Source: Candidatus Aldehydirespirator sp.
GTDB lineage: Bacteria > Actinomycetota > Acidimicrobiia > Acidimicrobiales > Aldehydirespiratoraceae
NCBI GenBank assembly: GCA_965221605.1
Contig: CBDCSK010000006.1
Coordinates: 757 to 64,756, forward strand
Reading direction: 5' to 3'
DNA: 64,000 bases
Position numbers and translations under genes: made by a program. This document shows, piece by piece, positions 18,014 to 27,313 of this stretch. The notes beneath the pieces are model-generated. The model made no database searches and was not told where the DNA came from. It saw only the letters and a list, made by a program, of their open reading frames with translations. Each line of letters begins with the position of its first letter. Position 1 is the first letter of the stretch.

Positions 18014-20062
18014 GGTGCTGGGCGGCCCGGCCCGCGCCCGGATCGAAGCTCGGCCCGTCCGAGGCCAGCCTGTCGGCGTCGGGACTGGAGCAGTTGGGCC
18101 TGGCCGAGGGCGACGCGGTCGCGCTCCGCAACGAGGACCACACCGCCTGGGCGGTGGCCCGGGTCCATGACCACGACGACGCGCTGGTGCGCCTCGGCCG
18201 CATGCTGTGGCCCCAGCTGGCGGTCCGTCCCGGCGAGCCGCTGGAGGCCGCTTCAGCCGGTGCTCTGCCCACGGCCGAGAGCGCCAGGATCACGCCGCCC
18301 TACAACCTGACGTTCAACCTGCACCAGCGGCTGCTGGAGCGGCTGCGCGACGACCGCACACCGCTGTACCCCGGGAACCGGGTGCTGGCCGAGATCTACC
18401 CGGGTGGCGCGGGGATGCTGGTGCGGATCGACCTGGCCTCGCCGTCGCCGTCGCGCATGGGCGACAGCACCGAGGTGGAGCTGCACCGGGCCGACGTGAG
18501 CGTGTCGGAGCGGCTCATAACGCTGGCCGACGTCGGCGGGTGCGACCCCATCATCCGGCGCCTGCGCGAGCTGGTGGAGCTGCCGCTGCTGCGCCCCGCG
18601 TTCTACCGCCGGCTGGGGGTGCGCCCGCCCAAGGGAGTGCTGCTGCACGGCCCGCCCGGAACCGGCAAGACGCTCATCTGCAAGGCGCTGGCCAACGAGC
18701 TCGGCGTCACCGCCTACCGGATGTCGGCCACCGAGTTGGTGGGCAGCGTGCAGGGCGAGACCGAGGCCAACCTGCGGCTGCTGTTCTCGCGGGCGCTGGC
18801 TCACGCCCCGTCGCTGGTGATGATCGACGAGTTCGATGTGATCGCCACCAACCGGGAACGGCTGGCCTCCCAGAGCGACGTGCGGGCGGCCAGCCAGCTG
18901 CTGACCCTCATGGACGGCCTCGAGGAGGTGGACGGCCTCATCCTGATGGCCACCACCAACCGCATCCAGGCCATCGACCCGGCCTTCAGGAGGCCCGGGC
19001 GTTTCGAGGAGGAGATCTTCGTGGGCCCGCCCAACGAGGCGGCCCGGGCCGAGATCCTGTCCATCCACACCCGTGAGATGCCCCTGACCGCTCAGGCCCA
19101 GGACGCCGTCGCCGCGGTGGCCGGCGAGAGCGGCGGCTTCACCGGGGCCGACCTGATGCATCTGGCTCGCTCGGCCGGCCTGGAGGCCGCGGACCGGCTG
19201 GCCTCCGGCCGCGAGGGCTTCGAGTTGGCCGACTCGCTGGAAGGCACCGACCTGGCAGTGGAGCCTCGCGACCTGGAGGCCGCGCTCCGGACGGTGCGGC
19301 CCAGTGTGCTGCGCGATGTGGTGACCCGCACCGAGCGCATCACCTGGGACCAGATCGTGGGCCTGGCCGAGCTCAAGGCGCGCCTGCGTGATCTGGGTAG
19401 GCGAGCCGTGGACTCCAGCGGCGCCGGGATCGACCAGGGGGTCCTGCTGCACGGACCCTCAGGCTCGGGCAAGAGCGCGCTGGTGCACGCCCTGGCCTCC
19501 GAGCTCGGCGTGAACTTCGTGGCCATCGAGGGGAGCAAGGTCTACAACCAGTGGCTCGGCGAGTCCGAGGAGGCCGTGCGGGCACTGTTCCGGCGGGCAG
19601 CCGAGGCCCGGCCGTCGCTGGTGATGCTCGACCACCTCGACGCGCTGGCGCCGGTGCGAGCCACAGAGAGCGGCGAGCGCACCGATGAGCGGGTGGTGTC
19701 GGCCCTGCTGGCGTCGCTCGATGACGTGCTGGCGGGCGGCCAGGTGTTCGTGGTGGGTGCGTCCAACCGGCCCGAGCTGATCGACGAGGCCGTGCTGCGA
19801 TCGGGCCGGCTCGGGATCCATCTCGAGGTGGCCAACCCCGACAGCGGCCGGCGAGCCGAGCTGCTGACCGCGCTGGCGGACGCCCATGGGCTCCAACTCG
19901 ACGCGGACCTGGCCGCGGGAACTGGTGGACGGCATCGGGGGATGGAGCGCGGCCGACATCGTGATGCTCGCCGGCGAGGCCGCCAGCCGGGCCGCCTTGG
20001 AGGACCGGGACATGGGCTTCGACGACCTGGTCGACGCTCTGCCCACCATCACCAGGCTGTAG
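17983..20062 (+). CDS. Cdc48-like double AAA+ ATPase (Cpa-like), reading frame interrupted by an apparent 1-nt insertion near 19918-19921
   Basis: N-domain-like LEQLGLAEGDAVALRN. D1 has GPPGTGKT with LVMIDEFD. D2 has GPSGSGKS with LVMLDHLD. After DADLAA the track frame turns R/G-rich, while the +1 frame reads LVDGIGGWSAADIVMLAGEAASRAALEDRDMGFDDLVDALPTITRL then stop (20060-20062). The total length of 2080 nt equals 3n+1. The start at 17983 is uncertain. Confidence 0.75.
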
Positions 20063-20068
20063 AGACAG

Positions 20069-21535
20069 ATGCAGGAGGCCGGGTCGGTGAACGGGTCGGC
20101 GGGGGTCGCCAGCGGGCACAGGCTCGCCACGGAGGCCGGGATCGAGGCACTGCGCTCGGGCGGTTCGGCGGTCGACGCCGCCCTGGCCGCCGCATTCACC
20201 CAGTGGGTGGTCAACGCCCCCCAGAGCGGTCCGGGCGGGGAGATGGTGGCCCTGGTGGCGGGCGGTGGCCTGGATTCCGACGGCTCCGCAGAGGTGTACG
20301 GCGGATGGTCGCGGGTGCCGTTGCGGCCCGTGCGGGGCAGGCGCGGGGCCCGGGCCGACTGGCCCGGCACCAGCGGTCCGGCCAACGCCGTGGTTCCCGG
20401 CTCGCTACGAGGCGCCGAGGCGGTGTGGCAGGCCCACGGGAGGCTCGGCTGGGACGAGCTGTTCGCGGGCGCGATAGAAGCAGCCGGGGGACACACCGTG
20501 ACGGCGCGTATGGCCGATGTGTACGAGCGGGTCCAGAGCCGGGGCCACGTCGAGGCGCTGCAGCGCATGCTGGGGGTGTCGGCTGCTCCCGAGGCGGGCG
20601 CCGAGGTGCGTCTGCCGGATCTGGCCGCGACCCTTGAGCGCATCGCGGCCCATGGTGCCGGGGACTTCTACCGCGGCGAGCTGGCCGACCGGCTGGTGGA
20701 CGCCGCCTCCGCCGAGGGCGCCGCGCTGAGCCACACCGACCTCGAAGCCGCACGGGCGTCGGTCGGCCCGGCGCGACGGTTCGATCTAGAGGATCTGACG
20801 GCCTGGGTGCCGGCGGCACCGAGCCAGGCCCCGATCATGCCGGTGCTGTTAGCCGCGGCGCCCCCCGACGCCGAACCGGCCTCACGCAGCTTCGCCGACG
20901 CGGTGGCGCCGCTGACCGAGCAACAGCTCACCGACTTCTGCGCCCAGGGGCCGGGAACGGCCGTGGCGACCGCAGTGGACGACCGAGGACTGTCGGCGAC
21001 GGTCGTGCACAGCCTGGCCGGCGTGCAGTTCGGCACCGGGTGGGTGGCCGGCGACACCGGGGTGGCCTTCAGCAACCGGGTGGGCACCGCGCTGTCGGAC
21101 CGGGCCGACCTGCCGGGCTGCAACCCGCGGCCTGGCGCGGTGCTGCCCCACACGCTCAGTCCGGCCCACGTTCGACGGCGCACCGGTCGCGGGTGGATGA
21201 CGGTGGCCACTCCCGGCGGCGACCGCCAGGTTCAGTGGCTGACCCAGGCCATCCAACGATTCCGCCGAGGCGCCGATCCGGACATGATCGTCGCGGGGCC
21301 TCGCTGGTTCGTATGCCCGAGCGGCGACCGCTTCGGTGTGCCCGCGGGGATCGGCAAGCCGTGGTACGCCTTCGCGGAGCCCGGCATCGCCTGGCACGAC
21401 GACCGCGAGGTCGCTGGCTACGAGGTGTGCCGTACGGCCAATGTGGGAGGCGGCCTGCAGGCGGCCCTCAGCGACGACGACAGCGTCGTGCTGGCCAGCG
21501 ATCCCCGATCAGGCGGTGCCGCCCGGACCGTATGA
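20069..21535 (+). CDS. gamma-glutamyltransferase family protein
   Basis: GVASGHRLATEAGIEALRSGGSAVDAALAAAF is the canonical GGT N-terminus, and the length is right. The alternative start GTG 20087 has an AGGAGG SD upstream and may be the true one. Confidence 0.75.
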   Translation: MQEAGSVNGSAGVASGHRLATEAGIEALRSGGSAVDAALAAAFTQWVVNAPQSGPGGEMVALVAGGGLDSDGSAEVYGGWSRVPLRPVRGRRGARADWPGTSGPANAVVPGSLRGAEAVWQAHGRLGWDELFAGAIEAAGGHTVTARMADVYERVQSRGHVEALQRMLGVSAAPEAGAEVRLPDLAATLERIAAHGAGDFYRGELADRLVDAASAEGAALSHTDLEAARASVGPARRFDLEDLTAWVPAAPSQAPIMPVLLAAAPPDAEPASRSFADAVAPLTEQQLTDFCAQGPGTAVATAVDDRGLSATVVHSLAGVQFGTGWVAGDTGVAFSNRVGTALSDRADLPGCNPRPGAVLPHTLSPAHVRRRTGRGWMTVATPGGDRQVQWLTQAIQRFRRGADPDMIVAGPRWFVCPSGDRFGVPAGIGKPWYAFAEPGIAWHDDREVAGYEVCRTANVGGGLQAALSDDDSVVLASDPRSGGAARTV

Positions 21536-21578
21536 CCCCCTCGACGAGGCGCTACGAACGAGCACCGGATTGCAGCCA

Positions 21579-22127
21579 CTAGAGGCTGAACCGGCTTGCC
21601 AGACCCTCGAGGCGGATCTTTTCGATGGCCTCGCCGCGGGAGTGAACGTCGAGCTTCAAATAGAGGCCCTGCAGGCGCCGCCTGACCGTGCGGTCGCTGT
21701 AGTGGACCGCCTCGACGATCTCGGCGATGGTCTTGCCCTGCGCGAGAGCGCCGATCAGCGCCCTCTCGATCTCGGTGAAGGCGTGGGTCTCGTCGCTGGT
21801 AGCGGATTGAGCCGCTAGCCGCTGCGCTAGCACTATGGGCAGCAGCACCTCCCCCTGGACGACTGCCGCGGCCGCGGCGACGACCAGTTCGCTGGAGGTT
21901 GCGATGTGGGCAACTCCCGCCCCTGCCCTGAGCGCCCGAATGAACCCGTCGAGGTCGAACGAGGGCAGCACGGCCACCGCCGGCCTAGGCAGCACCTCGG
22001 TGAGCACATCCCAGTCCCGAGCCGTGTCGCACCAGACGAGCGCGACGTCAGCGAAGTGTAGGTCGGTCGCCTCGACCACCTGCGAGCCCTCTTCCCACAG
22101 GCGAGCGATGACAGCCTCCAGGTACAT
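21579..22127 (-). CDS. LuxR-family transcriptional regulator with degenerate receiver-like N-domain
   Basis: C-terminal HTH TEIERALIGALAQGKTIAEIVEAVHYSDRTVRRRLQGLYLKLDV. The N-terminal ~110 aa have receiver-like spacing (VALVWCD...AVAVLPS...ALRAGAGV). Start set to ATG 22127; the rest of the 480-aa track ORF is R/G/A-rich and looks non-coding. Confidence 0.7.
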   Translation of the reverse strand: MYLEAVIARLWEEGSQVVEATDLHFADVALVWCDTARDWDVLTEVLPRPAVAVLPSFDLDGFIRALRAGAGVAHIATSSELVVAAAAAVVQGEVLLPIVLAQRLAAQSATSDETHAFTEIERALIGALAQGKTIAEIVEAVHYSDRTVRRRLQGLYLKLDVHSRGEAIEKIRLEGLASRFSL

Positions 22128-22418
22128 GCTGGGGCCTCCGACGAGCGCCACTTGCACAGCAGCGACACTACGCGCCCCGCCCGGCCATTCAACCCGCGCC
22201 GCGGCCCGGATGCGGGAGTGGCCGTTTCTTGGCCGTTTCAGGATCGCTCTCGGCCAAGCCTGGCAGTGGGTTGTCCGGCATAGGCCCCCGTTGAGCGTGG
22301 GCTCAGCCACTACCTCCCGGTAGCAGTGATGCTCCACCCGTTCACGAGCGCTGGGCAAGGATCCGTATGGGTCCCGAGCCTCGGTGTCTCGCAGGACTTC
22401 AAACAGAAAGGAACACCT

Positions 22419-23118
22419 ATGATTGCATTGAGAGCCGCCGCGGCGGGAGTGTTGCTGGCCGCGGCGGCGTGCGGCAGCCAGCCTGCGGTGTCGGCGGCGG
22501 AAGAGAAGCCCGACACCGTCGCATTCAGCAGCCGCTGGCACTATCACTTCAACAGCCTTGAGGAGCTGATAGCGACCTCGGATCTGGTCGTGGTTGGAGA
22601 AGTCACCGCCATCGAACCCGGCCGCGGCATCCCGGCCGAGGACCCCCACTCCGGCATCGGGTATCGCGACGTCACGCTCACCGTCTCCGAAACGCTCAAA
22701 GGCGCCGCACCCGGCGCTGCCGTCGTGATCGAAGAGGCTGGCTACGACGCCGACGGTTCGTTCGAGTACGAAGACATGCCCTGGAGCCGACTTGGCGATG
22801 CTGGCGTCTACTTTCTGAAGCACTACGAGGGCCAGCCGGCGAACCGCTACAAGCAGATACACCCCGACGGGCGCATTCTGACCCACCACCGCGGCGACGA
22901 CGGCCAGTCCCGCATGTATGACGGAAACCGTCGAAGTGTTCTCGCACACCCAACTCGGCAACACTCTCACCGAACTGGCACCCGACAGCGCCGCAGAACA
23001 CGTCCGGCAAGCAGTCGTCACCGTCGCGATCGAGCCCGAGCACCCAACCGAAGAGACGAGGCCGCAGCTGAGGACGGGGCGGCCTTCGAGGACGAGGGGA
23101 GGCGGGTCAGGGGCCTAG
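22419..23118 (+). CDS. putative lipoprotein, apparent frameshift near 22921-22926
   Basis: MIALRAAAAGVLLAAAACGS is a signal peptide plus lipobox. After ...DGQSRMYD, G/C3 collapses in the original frame and is high in the next frame (TETVEVFSHTQLGNTLTELAPDSAAEHVRQAVVTVAIEPEHP, track ORF 22918..23118). Confidence 0.55.
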
Positions 23119-24384
23119 GGCGGTGACGGGCACTACTGAGACGCCGTCGTCTCGCTGGTAGCTGTAGCCGGTTGCGGTGATCACGACCTTCTTCACCGGG
23201 TCGCCCCGCTCGCCGGCGTCGATCGTTGCGCAGGCCTTCAGCAGGGAGCGGGCCGCCTCGTCCACCCTCGCCGGGCTCAGCTTGACCTCGATTGCCAGCC
23301 AGGCACCGTCGCGGCGCTCCACGACGGCATCGAGTTCGTCGCCGTAGCTGGTGCGGCAGTGATAGACGTCGGCCTTGCAGGCGGCCGCGTAGACACGCAG
23401 GTCGCGCACCACCAGCGACTCGAACAGCAGGCCCAGCGTCTCGAGATCGTCCAGCAGCCGGCTCGGCGTGGCGCCGAGCACGGCGGCAGCCAGCGACGGG
23501 TCGACGAAGTTGCGTTTGGGCGACTGTTGCAGGGTGGCGCGAGAGCGCAGCCGCGCCGACCAGGCCGGAAGATCCTCCACCAGGAAGACCCGCTCCAAGG
23601 CATCGAGATAACCGGCGGTCGCGCTCCAACTCAGTGACGGGTCGCCTGCGACATCACGGGCCAGCGTGCGCAGCGAGGCCGTCGAGGACGTGTTCCTGGC
23701 TATCGAGGCCATCAGGCGCCTGACCCTCGATGGGCTGTGGCGGGTGCCGGAAGCCGCTGGAACGTCCACTCGAGCCATCTCGTCGAGATAGCTCTCCAGC
23801 AGTTCTCGGGCGACAGGCGCCGAGCGTCCCAGGTTCCGCGGCCAGCCGCCCCGGCAAAGGACCTCGGCGAGCTCAGGAACCGTCGCCTGCGGTGCGGCGG
23901 CCTCACACGCCTCGCCGTCGAGAAGGGCGGCCAGCGACACTGCTGCAGTCGACTCGCCGCTCTCGGCAAGCGACATGGTTCGCATGCGCACTCGCCGGAC
24001 CCGCCCCGCACCCGAGTGGCGGGTGATGTCGTCATGGGGACGGGCCGAGCCCGTGAGGATGAAGCAACCAGGGTCTCGCCCCTCATCCACGACGTGCCTG
24101 GCCGCCTCCCAGATCGACGGGACCAGCTGCCACTCGTCCACGAGGCGCGGCCTCGGACCCTCGAGGATGTGGCGAGGCACAGCCTCCGCACCGGCCCGGG
24201 CGGGCTCGGAGTCAGCCAGCAGAACCTGGCTTCGGGAATGATGTCGCCCCGTCCAGGTCTTGCCGCACCCCTTGACTCCCTCGATCAGCACGATCGGGGC
24301 TGCTTCGAGCGCGGCAGCCGTCTCTGCATCGGCAACACGTGGCATGTACCCCGCGGGAGACAGCGAGCCGGACGCGGTGACCAT
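23107..24384 (-). CDS. AAA-type ATPase with DUF4143-like C-terminal PD-(D/E)xK-like domain
   Basis: Walker A IEGVKGCGKTWTG. Walker B-like PRLVDEWQ. C-terminal GDELDAVVERRDGAWLAIEVKLS matches the E.D...EVK pattern of DUF4143 ATPases. The ATG lies 6 nt downstream of TATACT (leaderless geometry). Confidence 0.75.
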   Translation of the reverse strand: MVTASGSLSPAGYMPRVADAETAAALEAAPIVLIEGVKGCGKTWTGRHHSRSQVLLADSEPARAGAEAVPRHILEGPRPRLVDEWQLVPSIWEAARHVVDEGRDPGCFILTGSARPHDDITRHSGAGRVRRVRMRTMSLAESGESTAAVSLAALLDGEACEAAAPQATVPELAEVLCRGGWPRNLGRSAPVARELLESYLDEMARVDVPAASGTRHSPSRVRRLMASIARNTSSTASLRTLARDVAGDPSLSWSATAGYLDALERVFLVEDLPAWSARLRSRATLQQSPKRNFVDPSLAAAVLGATPSRLLDDLETLGLLFESLVVRDLRVYAAACKADVYHCRTSYGDELDAVVERRDGAWLAIEVKLSPARVDEAARSLLKACATIDAGERGDPVKKVVITATGYSYQRDDGVSVVPVTALGP

Positions 24385-24390
24385 GAACCC

Positions 24391-24398
24391 AGTATACC
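24391..24398 (-). promoter_or_regulatory. GGTATACT box, candidate leaderless promoter of the DUF4143 ATPase
   Basis: The minus strand reads TTGGTATACT-GGGTTC-ATG. TATACT fits TANNNT and ends 6 nt before the start codon. Confidence 0.5.
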
Positions 24399-24402
24399 AA
24401 TA

Positions 24403-24494
24403 TTATAACTTTCTGATCTCATGCATTATAACTTTCAGGCTGATAATATTAGAACTTTCAGACTAGAGACGTTAGAACTTTCAGGCTCGCAATG
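24403..24494. repeat. four tandem direct repeats with exact 23-bp period, core TTAKAACTTTCAGRCT
   Basis: Units start at 24403, 24426, 24449 and 24472. The first 11 nt TTA(T/G)AACTTTC are conserved in all four. The repeats lie in the AT-rich divergent intergenic region between the DUF4143 ATPase and the acyl-CoA dehydrogenase. Confidence 0.9.
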
Positions 24495-24590
24495 TTGGAC
24501 GTGTTCGGGGCCGAGGGCCTGGACCCGGGGACTCCGACAGCACTGGCGCTCCTGGAGGCGAGGCGGCTTTCGCGTTCAGATCACCGGGTT

Positions 24591-24598
24591 GGTATACA
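24591..24598 (+). promoter_or_regulatory. GGTATACA box upstream of the acyl-CoA dehydrogenase
   Basis: GTTGGTATACAAC followed directly by ATG 24601. It is 32 nt upstream of the preferred start at 24631. Confidence 0.4.
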
Positions 24599-24630
24599 AC
24601 ATGGGCCTAACCCGACCCGCAGGACCAGCG

Positions 24631-25773
24631 ATGTATGTGAACCTGAGCTTTGCCGACCCTGACTGGCCCCAGGCCACCATCGAGGCCATGGCCGCATTCG
24701 CGGAGGAGCACCGGGCCGAGTTGCGGTCCTGCCAGCGCGACGCACGCTTCCCGGCCGACATCTACGCGGCCATGGGCAGCCGGGGCTGGGTCGGCCCGTT
24801 CACTCCGGTCGAGGAGGGAGGCAGCGGCCTGGGCGTGGCCGAGTACTGCCTGATCGAGGAGGAGGTGGGGCGGCTGGGGCTGGTGTCTCCCCAGATCTCG
24901 ATCCAGGGCCAGCGGTGGCTGATCGACTGGGCCACGCCCGAACAGCGTGAGCGCTACCTGCCCGGAATGGCCCGGGGCACGCTGATCTTCTCGGAGTCGA
25001 TCTCGGAGCCGGGCGTGGGCTCGTCCATGAAGCTGATGCGCACCACCGCGGTGCGCGACGGCGACGACTGGATCCTCAACGGCGCCAAGACCCATGTGAA
25101 CCTGGGCGCCGAGAGCCAGGTGACGCTGGTGTACGCCATCGCCGGCGAGGGAATCACCGCCTTCCTGGTGGACACCGACCTGCCGGGCGTGTCCACCCGC
25201 CACACCGACCCGATCGGGCTGCGCCTCATCCCCACCGCGGACGTGTGGCTGGAGGACGTCCGGGTGCCGGACTCCGCGCTGCTGGGCGAGGCCGGGCGGG
25301 GCATGGACACGTTCTTCTCCACCTTCAACATGAGCCGGCTGGGCAACGCGTCGGAGCTGATCGGCTTCGGACGGAGGGCCCTGGCCGACGCCATCACCTA
25401 CGGGTCGGGCCGGGAGGTGGGCGACTCGATGGTGACCGACTTCCAGGGCATCCAGTGGACGGTGGCCGACTGCTACAGCGACCTGTACGGAGCGTCGCTG
25501 GCCCGCGACCACGCCGCCAACGTCCACGACGCCGGAGGCGACGTGGCGCTGGCCACGACTCTGGCCAAGAAGATGGCCATCAGGGCGTCGGAGCACGCCG
25601 TCAACGAGGCCTTCGCCCTGACCGGCGGCCACGGCCTGTACACCGACACCGACTACGGCCAGATACTGCACGACATGAAGGTGCTGCGGGTGGCGGGCGG
25701 CTCGCTGGAGGTGCTGCGCAACTATGTCGCCCGCCGGGTGCTGCGAGCCGGCGACTACGAGGGCCTCGCTTGA
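24631..25773 (+). CDS. acyl-CoA dehydrogenase family protein
   Basis: ACAD-like (ISEPGVGSSMKLMRTTA, WILNGAKTHVN, GGSLEVLRNYVARRVL). Start set to ATG 24631 (24601 is also possible). The track ORF start at 24421 runs through the repeat array and is rejected. Confidence 0.85.
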   Translation: MYVNLSFADPDWPQATIEAMAAFAEEHRAELRSCQRDARFPADIYAAMGSRGWVGPFTPVEEGGSGLGVAEYCLIEEEVGRLGLVSPQISIQGQRWLIDWATPEQRERYLPGMARGTLIFSESISEPGVGSSMKLMRTTAVRDGDDWILNGAKTHVNLGAESQVTLVYAIAGEGITAFLVDTDLPGVSTRHTDPIGLRLIPTADVWLEDVRVPDSALLGEAGRGMDTFFSTFNMSRLGNASELIGFGRRALADAITYGSGREVGDSMVTDFQGIQWTVADCYSDLYGASLARDHAANVHDAGGDVALATTLAKKMAIRASEHAVNEAFALTGGHGLYTDTDYGQILHDMKVLRVAGGSLEVLRNYVARRVLRAGDYEGLA

Positions 25774-25795
25774 TCCCGCGCCAACCGGTCACGGC

Positions 25796-27313
25796 ATGAA
25801 GAATCTCGCCGAGCTGGTCTGTGACCGGGTTGAGCGCCGGCCTGGAGCCCGCTTCGGCATGGCGGGCGGCGCCACGCCCACCCTGGCGCAGGCCGCCGGC
25901 CGGGCGATGGGGGCGACCGGCGCGCTGGAGGCCGCCGGCGCCGGCTTCGGACGGCGGGTGGCCCTGATCGGGACCACTTCGGACTCCTACCTGACGGCGT
26001 GGATGGCGCTGGTGCTGGCCGGTGCCGAAGTGGCCATGGTGAACCCCGACTACCCCGACGAGCTGCTGGCCGAGATGCTGGCCCAGCTCGCGCCCGAAGC
26101 GGTGGTGTGGGTGGGCCGGGAGGTCTCGCCGGCGGTGGCTCCGGGCGCGGCCCACATCTACGCCGGCCGCCTCGACCGGGGCGTGCTGCGCTCCGCCAAC
26201 GGGAGCGTGATCGATGCCGCGGCCGGACTAAGCGGGCTGGACGATGCGCCCGGGCTGGGGCGGGACCGGTTCGATGTGGCCGGCTGGATGCACACGTCGG
26301 GAACCACCGGCCTGCCCAAGTTCTGCGAGCAGACCCACGAGTACTTCCTGCGCCTCGGCCGGTTCATCGCCGACTCGATGTGCTTCTCGGAGACCGACAC
26401 CGTGCTGGCGCCGCTGCCGATGTTCCACATCAACCCTCTCGGCTACGGGGTGGTCGGCGGGTTGACGGGCGGTGTCGACGTGCTGGGCCTGGAACGCTTC
26501 TCGGCCAGCGGCTTCTGGCCTTTGGTGCGCGAGACCGGCGCGACGGTGCTGATCCTGCACGCGCCTCCGGTGGAGATCCTCAAGCGGGCCACCACCGCGG
26601 CCGACGCGGCCGGCCATCGGGTGAGCCGGGTGTTCTTCGCCGATGCCGAGTTCCTGGAGACTTTCGGCGTACCACTGGGCTTCTCGGCCTACGGCTCCAC
26701 CGAGGCAGGCGGGCTGTGCCATATCTGGAACTGGCGGCGGGGCGAGCGTCCCGACCTGGCCGAGGGCATGTCGCGCTACGGCGGCCGGCCCCGCCACGAG
26801 GTTCAGTGGCGGGTCGACGCCGACGGCGAGATCCACGTGCGGGCCGACCGCGAAGGGGTGCTGTTCTCGGGATACCGGCGGGCCGACGGGCTGGACCGGC
26901 CCTTCGACGACGGGGGCTGGTTCGCTACCGGCGACCTGGGCCGGGTGGACCAGGACGGCAACCTGGTGTTCATCGAACGGGCCAGCGAGTCGATCCGGGT
27001 CAAGGGCGAGTTCGTCCCCATCGGCTATGTGGAGCAGCGCTTCGGGACGGTGGACGGCATCCGCGATGTGGCCGTCTGGCGCCGCAACAGCGAGCTGGTC
27101 GACGACGAGATCGTTCTCTACCTCACCGGCGATGCCATCCCGACCGAGGCGATAAGGGCGGTGAGCGACGGGCTGCCGCGGTTCATGCAGCCCTCGGCGG
27201 CGGCGCGCGTCGTGGAGATCCCCCGGGACTCGGGCGTCGGCAAGGTCCGCCGGCGGCTGCTCAACGACGTGGCGGTAGTGGAATGGATCGATCTGGAGGA
27301 GGCTCGCTCATGA
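25796..27313 (+). CDS. AMP-dependent acyl-CoA synthetase/ligase
   Basis: MHTSGTTGLPKF (AMP-binding motif I), YGSTEAGG, and GWFATGDLGRVDQDGNLVFIERASESIRVKGE. Confidence 0.85.
   Translation: MKNLAELVCDRVERRPGARFGMAGGATPTLAQAAGRAMGATGALEAAGAGFGRRVALIGTTSDSYLTAWMALVLAGAEVAMVNPDYPDELLAEMLAQLAPEAVVWVGREVSPAVAPGAAHIYAGRLDRGVLRSANGSVIDAAAGLSGLDDAPGLGRDRFDVAGWMHTSGTTGLPKFCEQTHEYFLRLGRFIADSMCFSETDTVLAPLPMFHINPLGYGVVGGLTGGVDVLGLERFSASGFWPLVRETGATVLILHAPPVEILKRATTAADAAGHRVSRVFFADAEFLETFGVPLGFSAYGSTEAGGLCHIWNWRRGERPDLAEGMSRYGGRPRHEVQWRVDADGEIHVRADREGVLFSGYRRADGLDRPFDDGGWFATGDLGRVDQDGNLVFIERASESIRVKGEFVPIGYVEQRFGTVDGIRDVAVWRRNSELVDDEIVLYLTGDAIPTEAIRAVSDGLPRFMQPSAAARVVEIPRDSGVGKVRRRLLNDVAVVEWIDLEEARS

Noticed and set aside
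18253-19452. 399-aa minus-strand ORF and the 289-aa alternative-frame ORF 18207..19076
   Set aside because: They are antisense or out of frame with respect to the double AAA ATPase, whose Walker motifs fix the true frame.
20063-20637. Continuation of the AAA ATPase track ORF (17983..20637) 575 nt into the GGT gene
   Set aside because: After 19921 the translation becomes R/G-rich, while the +1 frame gives the expected AAA lid sequence and a stop at 20060-20062. The continuation is treated as a frameshift artefact, not a long overlap.
24403-24494. Possible CRISPR-like array
   Set aside because: The period is only 23 bp with 7-9 nt variable parts, far below CRISPR repeat-spacer dimensions. No cas genes are present. 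It is interpreted instead as phased protein-binding sites.
24421-24630. N-terminal extension of the acyl-CoA dehydrogenase ORF through the 23-bp repeats
   Set aside because: It would translate the AT-rich repeat array (MHYNFQADNIRTFRLETLELS...), which has no ACAD similarity. The ACAD family N-terminus begins near 24631.
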